Assembly (NCBI RefSeq): GCF_009914755.1
Contig: NC_060947.1
DNA from: the human T2T-CHM13v2.0 reference genome, Homo sapiens
Direction: 5' to 3' (one strand)
DNA: 64,000 nucleotides
Positions 28,850 to 43,030 of the stretch are shown here, piece by piece; the stretch's first letter is position 1; each line of letters begins with the position of its first letter. Under the pieces are notes generated by a model. The model made no database searches and was not told where the DNA came from. It saw only the letters and a list, made by a program, of their open reading frames with translations. Made by a program: the position numbers and the translations under genes.

Positions 28850-29700
28850 ATAAGGACAGATGAAACTGGGCCATAGCACATCAATCCAGAGTAACCAGCT
28901 ATTAACCACTGAAAGATGTTGATTACAATCTATAGGGTGTCCATCCAATGTTGTTTGTAGTTTATCTGGGGTTAACCCTTTCTACTACTTCTGTTATAGG
29001 ATGAGATTTTGAAACACCTGACTTGACAATAGCTGCTTAGTAGCATTTAAGACTCTGGACAGGATATATTGGCCAACCATAACATAGGCAATTGTCAGAA
29101 ACAAAATGATTATTAGTCTTTGCCATAAGTCCAAACTCAGGCAGTGGAAACATGTCCAAGAATTCAGTGGGGTCTGTTTCAGAAATCTAGGTGGCTTTTT
29201 CTCTTAGCCTAGTCACAGACTGTTCTATTTGTCCTGTAGTATTTATATAGATGCAATAAAAACATTGCCATAGCACAATTCCCCTTGGCTGGCTAAGAGG
29301 AAAGAAAGGGCTATACAATTACCCATGACAACTTTAGTTAATTAATTCAGACTAATTTGTTGGGCTTCCAAAACAGAAGTAACTTATAATTTAGTGACTT
29401 GTAAAAAAGTTTTCAACCACCATTTCTAGTTCTATTATTCCCTCTATGAGAACTGCAGATCACAGAATATTCATGGAGAAGAAACTGGTTATCCCTCCAG
29501 GAAGTTTTACTGAATAACCTGTACTTGTTTTATTTTGGAGGCTTCAGGGTATTGCCTTTAAATAAATGAAATTTACTGAAGGGATAGTTTTAAATATCTG
29601 GAAATCTCTAACAATTGCTGTTAACACACAGGAAAAATTAAGGAACACTATAACTCATTTTTCCTATCTACCTGCAATGTATCCTTTACCCAACCTCTCC
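28850..29700 (-). pseudogene. Degenerate class I ERV env (TM subunit) remnant
   Basis: Minus-strand translation near 29200-29380 gives SVLEAQQISLN*LTKVVMGNCIALSFLLASQGELC...CIYINTTGQIEQSVTRLREKAT. This resembles the gamma-type env immunosuppressive domain and the following cysteine region. Confidence 0.7.
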
Positions 29701-30100
29701 CCATTCTCCCCTCCTCCCTACTCTCCCCAGCCTCCAATACTGGGTTTTTCTTTATAGGAAGTTTCTTGATTACTTATTCAATCTTTTTACTTTTAATAGG
29801 TCTAAGGAGACTTTCTGTTTCTTCTTGAGTCAGTTACAGTAGCTTATATCTTTCTAGGAATTTTTGTTCATTTTATTTACATTATTTATTGACATATAAA
29901 TGTTCCCAGGATTCTTTCATAATTTTTATTTCTATATAGTTAGTAGGAGTAATATCTCCTGATTTTAGTAATTTCAGTCTTCTCTTTTATTTGTCAGTCT
30001 AGCTAAAAGTTTGTCAACTTTATCAAACTTTTAAAAGAAACAACTTTTGGGTTTGTTCATTTTCTCTATTTTTTTCTATTTTCTATTTCATTTATTTTAG

Positions 30101-31023
30101 TGATAACTGTGAAAAGAAAATAAAAACTCAGGACCCCAATTCACTATGCCAAAAGGAAAAAAAATTAAGCTAAAAGCTGAGTCATGCAAGAAATTGCCTT
30201 TCCTTTTGTTCCTAAGCAGATAGCTACAGATAAAAGTTTAATATTTCCACAGGTAGCTACTATATGTTCACCTTATCTTTATGTAAAGTGCAGATTTACT
30301 GAGCATGAGAGTAATACATAACTGACTATTCCCCTACCTGCTCCTCTTCTCTTGCAACATGCAGATTCAATAATGTGACCATAGCCTCCCACTTTCCCTT
30401 CTAGCCTGCTTTTCTCCTTTAAATATCGAAGCCCCCCAAATCATCTTTGGATAAAGGCATAGACTTGTCTCCCAGGCATGTCCTTAACCTTGGCAAAATA
30501 AACATAAATTGATTGAGACCTGTCTCAGATACTTTTTGGTTTACATAACTTTCAGGTCACATTTGACAGAAACCAGTCTTCCAAATTAATCCATCTTGGG
30601 GAAGTCTTGTGACTCAAGGGCAACATTCTCTCTCTGAGTAAATAATCTTATTGTAAATTTCTCAAATTGTTGATGTGTTGATCAATGTATAACCTACGGA
30701 CACTAAATTGGATGCTGATTTATTTTAAGGTTAGCTCAAGCATGAATTTCCACTGGATTGCCTTGCACCTAGACATATTTAGCCTCTATGATATAATCTG
30801 TTTATAACTTTTGTATTGTATTCTCCAATGAAAAGAGGACAACTCCAGTATGAGGAGTCCCTCTCCCTTCTTTTAAACTTTTCTATAAAATCCTTTCACC
30901 TAGTGACAGATTTCAGAACACCCCCCAGCTCTGATGGTATGTCTTTCAGCTTCATCCTCACATTTGGCTTCCAATAAAGTTTTATCAAATTACTTCTGCC
31001 TCAATAGCCTTAATTTCAGTCAA
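30101..31023 (+). mobile_element. ERV1-type solo LTR hosting the MER4 insertion; family unassigned
   Basis: Begins TGATAAC and resumes TTTCAGGTCAC after the MER4. TATA-like ctataaaa ~30885 and AATAAA ~30973. Confidence 0.6.
30108..30545 (+). mobile_element. MER4-family ERV1 solo LTR
   Basis: TGTGAAAAGAAAATAAAAACTCAGGACCCC...CTGTCTCAGATACTTTTTGGTTTACA, with 4-bp TSD TAAC (30104-30107, 30546-30549). Confidence 0.85.
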
Positions 31024-31343
31024 ATTTAATTATAATCCTTATTATTTTCTTCTTTCTGCTCACTTCGGCTTTACTTTGGGTTAGGTAATTGGTTTAAGAT
31101 CATTCTTCTTTTGTAATATAGGCATTTATAGCTATAAATTTTCAAGAACTACTTTAGCTGCATCTCAAGTTTTGGTATGTTATGTTGGTGCTTTTATTCA
31201 TCTCAAACTGTTAATTTTTTGAGTAGTCTCTTCTTTGAACCATTAATTATTTAGAAGTGTGTTTTATAAATTCCACATATATATGAACTGAAATTTTCTT
31301 CTGCTGTTGATTTTTAATTTTATTTCATTGTGGTCAGAGAGTC

Positions 31344-32314
31344 TGATATCGTGAAATATATATTTGGTCTTTGTCCCCATTCCCAGCATAGAACTCCCTA
31401 AATCCTTGGAACCTTCAAAGTAATAAGTATATTTTTGTATGCTAATGAGTTGACCACAGGAGGCATGGTAGTGCATGCCTGTAATTCCAGCACTTTGAGA
31501 GGCCGAGTTGGGTGGATTGCTTGAGCTCGGGAGTTTGAGACCAACCTGGGCAACATAGTGAGACCTAATCTCTAAAAAAAGAAAAAAAAAAATGAGTTGA
31601 CTGATGGCTGTAGCCTCTAGGTAGCTTCAGGATGGATGCTGGTCACCAGAAAGACAAAGGCAGAATTAGAGGGCTGGAATTTTGAGCCCCACCCCCTGAC
31701 CTCTAAGGAGAGAGGGGCTGAAGATGAAGCTGATCATCTATGGCCAATGATTTAATCAATCATGACTACGTAATGAGGCATCCATAAAACCCCCAAAAAG
31801 AGTGGATTCGAAGAGCTTCCTGATAGCTGAACACATAGAGATTTCTGGAAGGTGGTGCACCGAGGAAGGATTTGGACAATTCGCGCATGTAATCCTGTAC
31901 CTCCACCCTATGCATCTCTTCATCTGTATCCTTTGTAATGTTATTTTAAAAAAACAGTAAGTGTAAATAAATGTTTACCTGAGTTCTGTGAGCCACTCTA
32001 GTAAATTGATCAAACATGAGTAGGGAATCATGGGAACCTCAATTTATAGCCCATCAGTCAGAAGCACAGGTGAAACAACCTGGGCCTTGCAATTGGCATT
32101 AGAAGCAGGGAGCAGCCTTGTGGGACTGAGCCCTCAACCTGTGGGATCTGGTGCTATCTCCAGGTAGATAGTGTTGGAATTGAACTGGTTAGAGGATATC
32201 CAGCTGGTGTCTGCCGCAGAATTGCTGGCTTGCTTGATGTGCACTTACATATGCTGTCAGAAGCACCTTGAGAGAGTATAGTGGGAGAAACTGAGGGTTT
32301 TTTTTTTTCTCTCA
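31344..32314 (+). mobile_element. MER21-like LTR containing an Alu monomer
   Basis: tgatatcgtgaaatatatatttggtc...gagttctgtgagccactctagtaaattgatcaaac...gggactgagccctcaacctgtgggatct...ctccaggtagatagtgt. Confidence 0.75.
31459..31590 (+). mobile_element. Alu monomer (FLAM/AluJ-like)
   Basis: Left-arm Alu sequence with A tail; flanking repeat AATGAGTTGAC. Confidence 0.85.
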
Positions 32315-32615
32315 GAGAGCACGAAGTGCGTGATTTCAATCCTCCTAAATCTACTGAGGCTGGTTTTATGACCTAAAATGTGATCTATCCTAGAGGATGT
32401 TGCATGTGCACTTGAAAAGAATGTGTATTCTGCTGTTGTTGGATAGAGTGTTATACAGATATTGTATAGTTGATTTATAATGTTGGTCAGTTCTTCTATA
32501 TCATTGATATATTCTGTTATTCTGCTATCTTTACTATTCTAAAATGGCCATCTTTATGTATGTTAACAGTTTTTGCCTCAGTGTCTATTTTGTCTCATAT
32601 TAATAAAGCCACTCA

Positions 32616-33001
<386 letters not shown>

Positions 33002-33130
33002 CTATTTGTATCTTTGAATTTAAATTGTGCTTCCTGTGGAGAGCATGAAGTTTGATTATGCCTTTGATTGGATTATTTAATCCATTCACATATTATGTTA
33101 CTATTGATATGATTGGACTTATGTCTGCCA

Positions 33131-33281
33131 TTTTATTTTATTTTATTTTAAAACATTTTTCTGTAGAGATGGGGTCTCGCTGTGTTGCCCAGGCTGGCCT
33201 CGAACTCCTGGCCCCAAGTGATCCTCCTGCCTTGGACTCCCAAAATGCTGGCATAACAGGTGTGAGCCACGATGTCTGGCC
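33131..33281 (-). mobile_element. Alu monomer (FLAM-like)
   Basis: gtagagatggggtctcgctgtgttgcccaggctggcctcgaactcctgg...gtgagccac...tggcc. Confidence 0.85.
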
Positions 33282-33620
33282 TTTGTTTTCTATGTGCTTC
33301 ATGACTATGTATTTCCTCTGTTCCTCCTTCACTATGTCCTTATGTCATAAATGGATGCTTTTTAGTGTAAAATATTAATTTCTTTAATTTTTTAACCATA
33401 ATTATTTGAAACATTTTATGAATGATTGCTCCAGGAGTTACAATATGAATCATAGTGAATCACAATCTACTTTAGATTTATATAAAATTATTTCTAGTAA
33501 GGTATAGAAACTTTACTCCTATGTAGCTCCCTTCCCCCTTTTTCATGTTATTACTATTATAAATATTACACCTATATATGTTTTTAAACAATACATTTTT
33601 ATAATTTTCATTTCACATAA

Positions 33621-33929
<309 letters not shown>

Positions 33930-34189
33930 AATTTTATGCCTTCTTCAAGAGACAAAGAGAGTAAAGAAGAGCACACATATTTATAGTTTTTTTTAATTAA
34001 ACTTCTTATTTACCATTTCTGGTTGTCTCTATTTCTTTCTGTAGATTTGAGTTGTCCTCTACTCTGTTTCCTCACTTTCATATAGCTTAATTCCCACTCT
34101 CTCCCTTTATATTGTTGTTGTCAAATATGTTGCATTTCTATATGTTATAGACCCCAAAATAAATTTTATGTCATTGTTTTATGTAATTG

Positions 34190-35245
34190 TTTTTTAATTG
34201 GCATATTATAGAATTCACCATTTTAAAGGGTACATTTCAGCAGAATTTCAGATATTCACAGAGATGTGCAAGCATCACCACTAAGTCCAGTTATATTCAT
34301 AACCCCCGAAAGAAACTACTTACCCATTACCAGTCACTCTGCATTCTTTTCTATGCCTAACCCTTTGCAGCCACTAATCTGCTTTCTGTCTCTAAATTTG
34401 CCTATTGTGGGCATTTCATATAAACAGAATCACATAGTATGTGGCCCTTTGTGTCTGGTTTCTTTCACTTAGCATAATATTTTCAAGGTTTATCCATTAT
34501 GTAGCATGTATTGGGACTTTATTTCTTTTTATGGTTGAATAAAATTCCATTGCATAGATAAACCATATATTATTTACCTATTCATCAGTTTACGGACATT
34601 GTGTTGTTTCCATCTTCTGGCTATTATTAACAATGGTGCTATGAGTATTGGGGTCCAAGTTTTCATGGGAACATGCTTCCAATTATCCTGGGTGAATACT
34701 TAGGATTGGACATTCTGAGTCATATAGTAACACTACTAAATACTATGTTTGGAACTATTTGAGGGACAGCAAAACTGTTGTCCACAGAAGCTGCACTACT
34801 TTACATTCCCATCAGCAATATATGACAGTTCTAATATGTCCACATCCTTACCAACATATTTTATTTTCTGTTTTAAAAAAATTATAGCCATAATTGTGAG
34901 TGTTAAATAATACCGTGTTGAAGGCTAGATTTGCATTTTCCTAATGAATAAATATGCTGAACATATTTTATTATTGCTTATTGGCCATTTGTATATCTTC
35001 TTTGGAGAAACGTCTATTCAAATTTTCTATCCATTTAAAACTTTTTATTATTTATCTTTTTATTGATGAGTTTTAAAGTTCTTTAGATACTCTGAATACT
35101 AGACAGTAAATCAGACGTGATTTATATTTTTTCCCATTTGTGTATTGTCTTTTTCTTTACAGTGTTTTTAAATGCACATTTTTAATTTTGATGAAGTTCA
35201 GTTAATCTATTTTTGGTTTTGTTTTGTTGCTTGCTCTTTATGGTG

Positions 35246-35300
<55 letters not shown>

Positions 35301-37255
35301 CCAATCTAAGTTCATAAAGATTTACTCCTATGTTTTCTTATAAGAATTTTACAGTTTTAGCTTTTACATGTATGCCTCTGATCTATTTTGAGTTAATTTT
35401 TGTATATGGTGTGAGGTAAGGGCCCAAACTCATTCTTTTGTATGTGGAAATCCAGTTGACATAGCACCATTTGTTGAAAAGATTATTTTTCCTCACTGAA
35501 TTATCTTGACACCCTTGTCAAAAATCAGTCAACCTATAACATAAGGTTTTATTTCTAGACTTTCTGTTTTATTCCATTTATCTATATCTACATCTATCTA
35601 TCTATACATCTTTATATCAGAATCACACATTCTTGATTACTGTAACTTTATAGTCATATCTGAAATTGAGAATATAACTTTTCCAAATTTGTTTTTCTCT
35701 TTCAAGAACTTTTTGGCTTTTGGATTGCTTGCATTTTCATATGAGTTTTAGAATCAACTTGTCAATTTCTGGAAAACAAAACAAACTAAAAAAGACCAAA
35801 AAAATAAATAACTTAACTGCGATCTTAATAGAGACCATATGCAATCTGTAGATCAATTTGGGGATTAATGTTATCTTAACAATATTAAGTCTTCCAATTC
35901 ATGAACATGGGATAGCTTTCCATTTTTTTATGTCTTTAAATTCCATCAACATTTTTTGTTTTAGTTTCAGGATACAAGTTTTACACTTGTTTTGTTAAAT
36001 TTATTCACAGGTATTTTATTTTTGATACTATTATACATGGAATTTTAAAATGTTTATTTCCACATTGTTCACTATTAGTACATAGTGTGTGCAATTGATT
36101 TTTTATATTGAGCTTGTAGCCTGCAACACTGCTGAGTTGATTTATTGGCTCTCAACTCTTTGGGTGAATTCCTAAGGATTTTCTATATATAAGATGGTGT
36201 CATCTGCCAATAGAAACATTTCACTTCTTCCTTTCTAATACTGACACCTATTTTTGTCTAATAGCTCTCACTAGATTCTCAACTACAGTGTTGAATAGAA
36301 GTGGCACAAGTGGACCATCCTTGCTGGTTAATGATTTTAGGAGGAAAGCTTTCAGTATTTAAACATTAAGAATTATGCTAGCTGAGGGTTTTTTGTAGAC
36401 GCCCTTACTTAGGTTGAGGAAGTTCCTTTCTATTCCTAGTTTTTGAATGTTTTTATCATGAATGGATGTTGGATTTTGTCAAATGATTTTTTTGTGTGTC
36501 TATTAACATGATCATTGCGGTTTTGGTCTTTTATCATATGGTGTACTGCATTGATTGATTTTTCACATGTAAAACCAGTCTCTCATTTCTGGAATAAATC
36601 TCACTTTGGTCATAGTGTGCAATCTTTTGTAAGCTTCTGGATATTTGTCTGCTAGTATTTTTGTTGAGGGTTTTTACATCTATATTCACAAAGAACGTTA
36701 GTCTGTAGTTTTATCGTCTTATGATATCTTTGCTTTGTTTACTTTTGGTAACAGAGTAATTTTGGCCCAACAGAATGAGTCGGGAAGTGTTCCCTCCTCT
36801 TCCACTTATTTTGGAAGAGTTGTAAGAGATTGGTGTTAATTTTTCTTTAAACCTTTGGTACAAGTCACTAATAAAGTTATCTCATCCTTGACTTTTCAAG
36901 ATTTTAGAATAATATTCAATCTCTTTACTTGTGATGTATCTATTTATATCTTCTCTTTTTTTCTTGTGTCATTTTCAGTAGTTTGTGTCTTCATGGAAAT
37001 TTCCTATAGGTTCTCTAAATTGTTGCATACAGATGTTCATAGTACTCATTTATAATCCTTTTTATTTATTTAAAATCAGTAGTAATGTCCCCTCCTTTAT
37101 TTCTTATTTTAGTAATTTGAGGTTCTTTCTTTTTTCTTGGTCACTTAATGTACAAGTTTGCCAAATCTCTTGATCTTTTCAAAGAACAAACCTTTTATTT
37201 ATTTATTTTTTTGGACAAACTTTTTTTTTTTATTTTTGTGATTGTTTTTCTATTG
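34190..37255 (-). mobile_element. Old L1 (L1MB-like) 3' UTR and ORF2 segment
   Basis: Antisense L1M 3' UTR motifs followed by ORF2-derived sequence (gatggtgtcatctgccaataga; gttgaggaagttcctttctattcctagt). Confidence 0.8.
35248..35300. repeat. (TA)n microsatellite
   Basis: About 26 TA units with one interruption. Confidence 0.97.
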
Positions 37256-37289
37256 CATGTACTTATAGTCTATTCTTCGAGTGGACATA

Positions 37290-40200
37290 CATGAAAATGC
37301 CCTAATTTCTCACTTTTTGCTGACTTTTTGGCTCTGCACAAATTAAGGCAGAGTTTTAAACTGCTTGCCTGAATGTTGAAGACTTGTTCCAACATATACA
37401 CTGAGCTACTTGGCAAGAGCTAAGAAGCTTACTGGTTCCAAGCATTTAAGAATATCTCTGTCCAGTTATTAGTCAACCACTCAGCTAACCAAACAGAAAC
37501 TTCAGTGGCCACACAGGTTAAAGAATACAGACTTTACAGAGTTAGTTGAGGAAAGTCACTAATCAAGCAAATAGTAACAAGTGACAGCAAACACACACCC
37601 AGCAGAATCTGATTTCCAGAGTTGCCACATTATATTACTTAAAAGGTAAATTTTTTAACACATGCAAAGAAACAAGTATGACGGATATACAGTGGGGGAA
37701 TCTTTCAATAGAAACTGGTTCCAAGGAAGGACTTTGGACTTACTAAATAAAGACTTAAATTGAGCTATTTTGAATATGTTCAAAGAACTAAAGAAAACAT
37801 TTCTAAAGAATTTTCTCTAAAGAAAAGTATATGAATAATGTCTCACTAAATAGGGATTATCAATAAGGAGAACGAATGTATAATAAAGAACCAAATAAAA
37901 TCTCTGGAATTGAAAAGTTAGATAACTGAAATTAAAAATTAATTAGATGTGCTCAGTGAAAGATTTGATATGGCAGAAGAAAGAATCAGCGAGTTGGAAG
38001 ATAGGTCATTTGTGGTTATCTAATTTGAGGAAAAGGAAAAAAAAGAATGAAGAATAAACAGGCCTGTGGGACATAGATGTCACAAAGTAAAAACCATGGA
38101 ATTCCCAGAAGGCAAGGGTAGAAAGAAAGGGACAGAAAGAATATTTGAAGAAATAATAGCTGAAATCATCCCAATTTTGATGAAAAACACTAATTTACAT
38201 ATCCAGGATGCTCGATGAACTTTACGTAGGATGAACTCCACAAACTTCACACCTAGGCACATCATAATCAAACTGCCAAACCAAAGACAAAGAAAGAATC
38301 TTGAAAACAAGAAAAAAATGACTCAGCATATACAAGAAACCACAAGAAGATCAACCTTTACCTTCTCATCAGAAACAATGGAAGCAGTGGGATGGCTGAG
38401 TCTAAGTACAGAAAGAAACAAAAAATTCCTGCCAATCAAGAATCATATATATGGCAAAGGTATCCTTCAAAGTTGAAGGAAAGATTCCTAGATAAACAAA
38501 AACAGACAGAATTCATTGCTAGAAGACATGTTTTACAGGAAATACTAATGGATGTTCTTCAGGCTGAAAAAAGTGACAGCAGGCAGTAATTTGAACATAC
38601 CTGAAAAAAAAAACAGCTCCAGTAAATGTAATTATATAGATAATGATAATAGACAATATAATTACATATTTGTTTCTTAACCAATTTAAAAAGCAATTGC
38701 ATAGGATAACATTGGTAAAGTCCTTTCAGAGTAAAACCTCCAAAAATTTCCCCATCCATTAAAGCAATATAAAACCTGGTAAAAATTGTCAGAATCAACT
38801 TTTTCAGAACACCGGAAGTTAGCCAAAGGCTTGCAGTAGCTGGGTAGTGTTTACTCAAGAGATACGACTGACTCTTGGTAAGAGCAGTGAGATTTGTAGT
38901 GTTTTAACTTGCCCTAGTCCCATTCTCCACTATCCAGTTAAGCAGTAACTTTGAAAAATAACAGCCTACTTTCTTCAGCATCTTATCAGCCCTTGGAGAA
39001 AGCAGAATGGAGCTGCACCTCTTTAAAAATCTTATTCCCAAAGAACTGTCATTATCTGACCTGTCTGGTGGTTTCCTGGAGGAACCCCCTTACAAGCCTG
39101 ACTCGGAGTTTTCCCAGTGATAAAAGCCCTCTATCTTGGCAGGGGGCAGGGGGGATGTTTGTTGAAAATAATTACAGGCAGGAGTTTTAAATTTGCAGCT
39201 GCCTAAGACAATTGATAATATTTGGGGTAAATAGCAGACTAACCAAAATATTAACAGGAAAAGCTGAACAATAAGATGTACGTACAAACTTTGAAAAGGT
39301 CCAACATATTCTTAGGAATTTGGAAGACCGTACATGTGCCTAGGAATGTCTGTATACTCAGAAAGACTTGAGAAGGCTCTAAGCTGTCACTTCTGGCTAA
39401 CCTTGAAGCTGCGCACAAATAAGAAGAGAAAGCTTAGGTAAACATGTAAACTACCTGGCTAAGTATAGAGTTGTAAACTGCCTGGATGAATACCCCAACA
39501 AAGTACCCCTCAGCAAAGACTAGGAGATGTATTGGTTCCAGGCATTTAAGGAAATAACTGTGCAATTTTTAACTGACCACTAAGCTAACTGAGCAGAGAC
39601 TTTAGTGGTCACACACAAAGTATATGAACTTTACAGAATCCGTTCTTAAAATTTGCAAAAGAAACAAAAACAACAATTACAATAAGCATCAACAACAGCA
39701 AACCCTGGGAAGCAGGGAAAATCTGCTGTCCAGAGTTACCATATTATATCACTTAAATTATAGTGTTTTAATTTTTAAAATTATGAGATGAGCAAAAGCA
39801 TGGGAAATTATGGTCCACACGCATGATAAAAAGCAAATAATTAGAAACTGTCCCTGTGAAAACTCAGACATGGGACTTACTAGACATTACTTTAAATCAA
39901 TTATTTTAAATATTTTCAAAGAACTCCTTTAGTTCTTCATGATTTCCTTTAAACCATATCTAAAGAATTAAAAGAAAGCACGAAACTGATTTCTCACCAA
40001 ATATCAATAAAGTGATAGAAATTATCCAAAGGACCAATAGATATTCTAGAGTTTGATATAGGTAAATATAAAAGACAATATAAATTTTACTACTATGTGA
40101 CTTAAAATACAACTATATAAAGCAACAATTATGAATCTATGTTAGTGGGTGCACAATGTATAAAGATGTAACTTGTGACAATAATGGCATAAAGATGGAG

Positions 40201-40797
40201 GGGCACAGTGGGATAAAAGCAGTATTTTTGTATATTATTGAAATAAAGTTGGTATCAATCCAAATTAAATTGTTATATATTAAGATATTATTTATAATCC
40301 TCAGGGAAACCACTAAAAAAATAAAACCAAGAAATGTGGTAAAAGAAACAGTAAGAGAATGAAAATGGTACACAGGAAAATATCTATTTAACTCAAAGGA
40401 ATATAGTAATAGAGGAAGAAAAAGACCTCGGAAACTTGAAAACAAGTAGCAAACTGGCAAGCAGAAATCCTACCTTATCCATAATTAGGTTAAAAGTCAA
40501 TGAACTTAAATTTTCCATTTAAAAGGAAGATACAAAACAAATAGCTAACTGGCCGGCAGAAATCCTACCTTATCCATAATTAGGTTAAATGTAAATGAAC
40601 TTAAATTGTTCATTTAAAAGGAAGATACTGAGAGATTTGATAAAAATAACATGATGCACATACTTTCTATGAGAGACACGATTTAGAATCAAAGACACAA
40701 ATAGGCTGAAAGTAAATAGTTGCAAAAATGTATATCATGCAAATAATAACCAAAAGAGAAGTAGAGTGGCTATACTAGTATCAGGCAAAACAGACTC
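37290..40797 (+). mobile_element. Old L1M 5' region (UTR, ORF1 remnant, ORF2 start), with two similar UTR segments
   Basis: ORF1-like TPRHIIIKL at 38231-38476; endonuclease-like sequence ~40560-40795; similar UTR blocks at ~37380-37920 and ~39490-40050. Confidence 0.72.
40439..40628 (+). repeat. 95-bp tandem duplication (two diverged copies)
   Basis: aaaacaa(g/a)tagc...gcagaaatcctaccttatccataattaggttaaa...aaaaggaagatac at 40439-40533 and 40534-40628. Confidence 0.92.
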
Positions 40798-40824
40798 CTT
40801 CAAATTATCTACAGAATGATGTAG

Positions 40825-41152
<328 letters not shown>

Positions 41153-42139
41153 CCAACTGATTTCTTCACAGAAGGCATTAACGTTTGATTTTTCTGGCTC
41201 TTGTTATAATGAGTGATTTTTTTTTTATTGTATCCTAGACATTTTGTATATTATGTTAGGGGGCTCTGCTCCCATATAAATGTTTTACTTTAGCAGGGAG
41301 TCATCTTGTTTATGTTAGGAGGCAGGTCCTGGTCTACTTTTGTGGGCCGTGGTTCCAATGACAATTTAATTTTCCTTAGGATCTTTATGCTGCGATTTCA
41401 GTCTGCTTAATTTATCTGTTGCTTCTGGGGCCCCAACTTGCTTCTGCTGATGCTGCCTGAGGGGTGTGAGGAGTTTTCCCTAGGCCAAACCACCTGGCAA
41501 ATCTAGGTTAGGGCAAAAGAGTCCTGCAGGGAGAATGAGCACTTCCCAGGCAGGGCTGCTTATTTTGATGGGACAACCCTGTTAATGCCACCTAGTCACC
41601 TTGTGTGTCTCAATGGGAAAGGGGAGTCTCAGGCCTGTTAGGGAAAGGAAGTGGTTCCTTTAGCTGCTTATTGTCAGTGGGGCTCCCAATCAACCCTCTT
41701 TGACCGTGCTGCCAGGATAACCTTACGTTGGGACACCTATTCTATCTTGGGGAAGGTTGAGCCTTCCTGGGCTGCCTTCTGTTGCTAGGTTGACAATTGG
41801 GAAATGCCAGGTTGTGGTTGCCTACTTCTCTTGGATGGGTGATCCGTGATGCCCTGTGGTTGTGCTATTCCTTCAATCCTGTGGTCCCATCCCAACTTGC
41901 TTTCTTCTTATCACTTTTTCAAGTTTTGGTGGTGTCTTGCACTATTTTCAGAGTTTATAGTTGTACTTTGAGAGGAAGAGCAGGGAGAAATTAGCTGAAA
42001 CTATCTTTTCTAGGCCAGAAGTTCCTGTGAAGCATTTCAAAAAATCCTTATTAATTGTCACAAACAATGAGCAATATATGATTTCTACCATCAAGGAACT
42101 ATGGTCTAGTGGAAAAGATGAGACAAGAATATAAACAAT

Positions 42140-43030
42140 TATAATAGCTGCATTTACTATTCAACATATTTCAGTTTATAGTTAATAAATATTCAGTTTC
42201 AAACATTTATTAACTTGTGCAACTTCTGAGGGAAGTACTTATATGTTGCCCATTTTAAGGATAATCAAGAAAACTTAAGCAACTTGTTCAATGTCACATA
42301 GCTAATAGGTAGCAAAGTCAGGATTGGGACCTAAGCAGTCTAGCTGAAAAGCTGCTGCTCTTACGACTATGCTAAGTCACGTGCCAACAGAAAGAGACAA
42401 ATGAATGACTATAGTGTTTAGGAGGGCAAATGAGCCCATCATGATATGGAATTCAGGAGGAAGTGGCCTTTAGGATGCATCATGAGAGATAAACAGGATT
42501 TCAATGGGCAAAAATGATGGAAGTCTAGGTGGAGGGAAGAGCATGTAGAAAGGCCCTGTGGTGGTAACAATGGGGGCCTACCAAGGAAACAGCTGAAGTA
42601 TCTAGTATATCAAGAGGTGGGAGTTGGGGCTGCAAAGGAGGTTGGAACCATAAGAGAAAAGGCTTTTAATGTCAGGCTGAAGAAGTCATTCTTAATTTCA
42701 TAGGCAATAGTGATCTCACAAAAGGCATTGCCTGAATAGTTGGGTGATACTTAAGTAACTAACCTGCACAATGTGCACATGTACCCTAAAACTTAAAGTA
42801 TAATAATAATAAAAAAAAGAAGAACATTCTGGTGGCGGTAGTTGAGAAGGATGGAGCCCAGTGGAGGCTAGGAATAAAGGCCTGACCTAGGACCATGGCA
42901 GCTGAGATGAAGAAGAAGGGACAGATTCAAGAGATATTTAAGAGGTAGAATCAGTAGAATTCTTGGACTGATTAGAAATAGAGACTGAGTGAGACAAATG
43001 AGTCAATGATAACTCTCAGTTTAGGAGCCT
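42140..43030 (-). mobile_element. MIR and L2 fragments
   Basis: MIR-like at ~42140-42380; L2-like antisense to ~43030 (gggacagattcaagagatatttaagaggtagaatcagtag). Confidence 0.6.
42755..42818 (+). mobile_element. Extremely 5'-truncated young L1 (L1PA2/L1HS-like 3' terminus)
   Basis: GTAACTAACCTGCACAATGTGCACATGTACCCTAAAACTTAAAGTATAAT plus A-rich tail. Confidence 0.9.
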
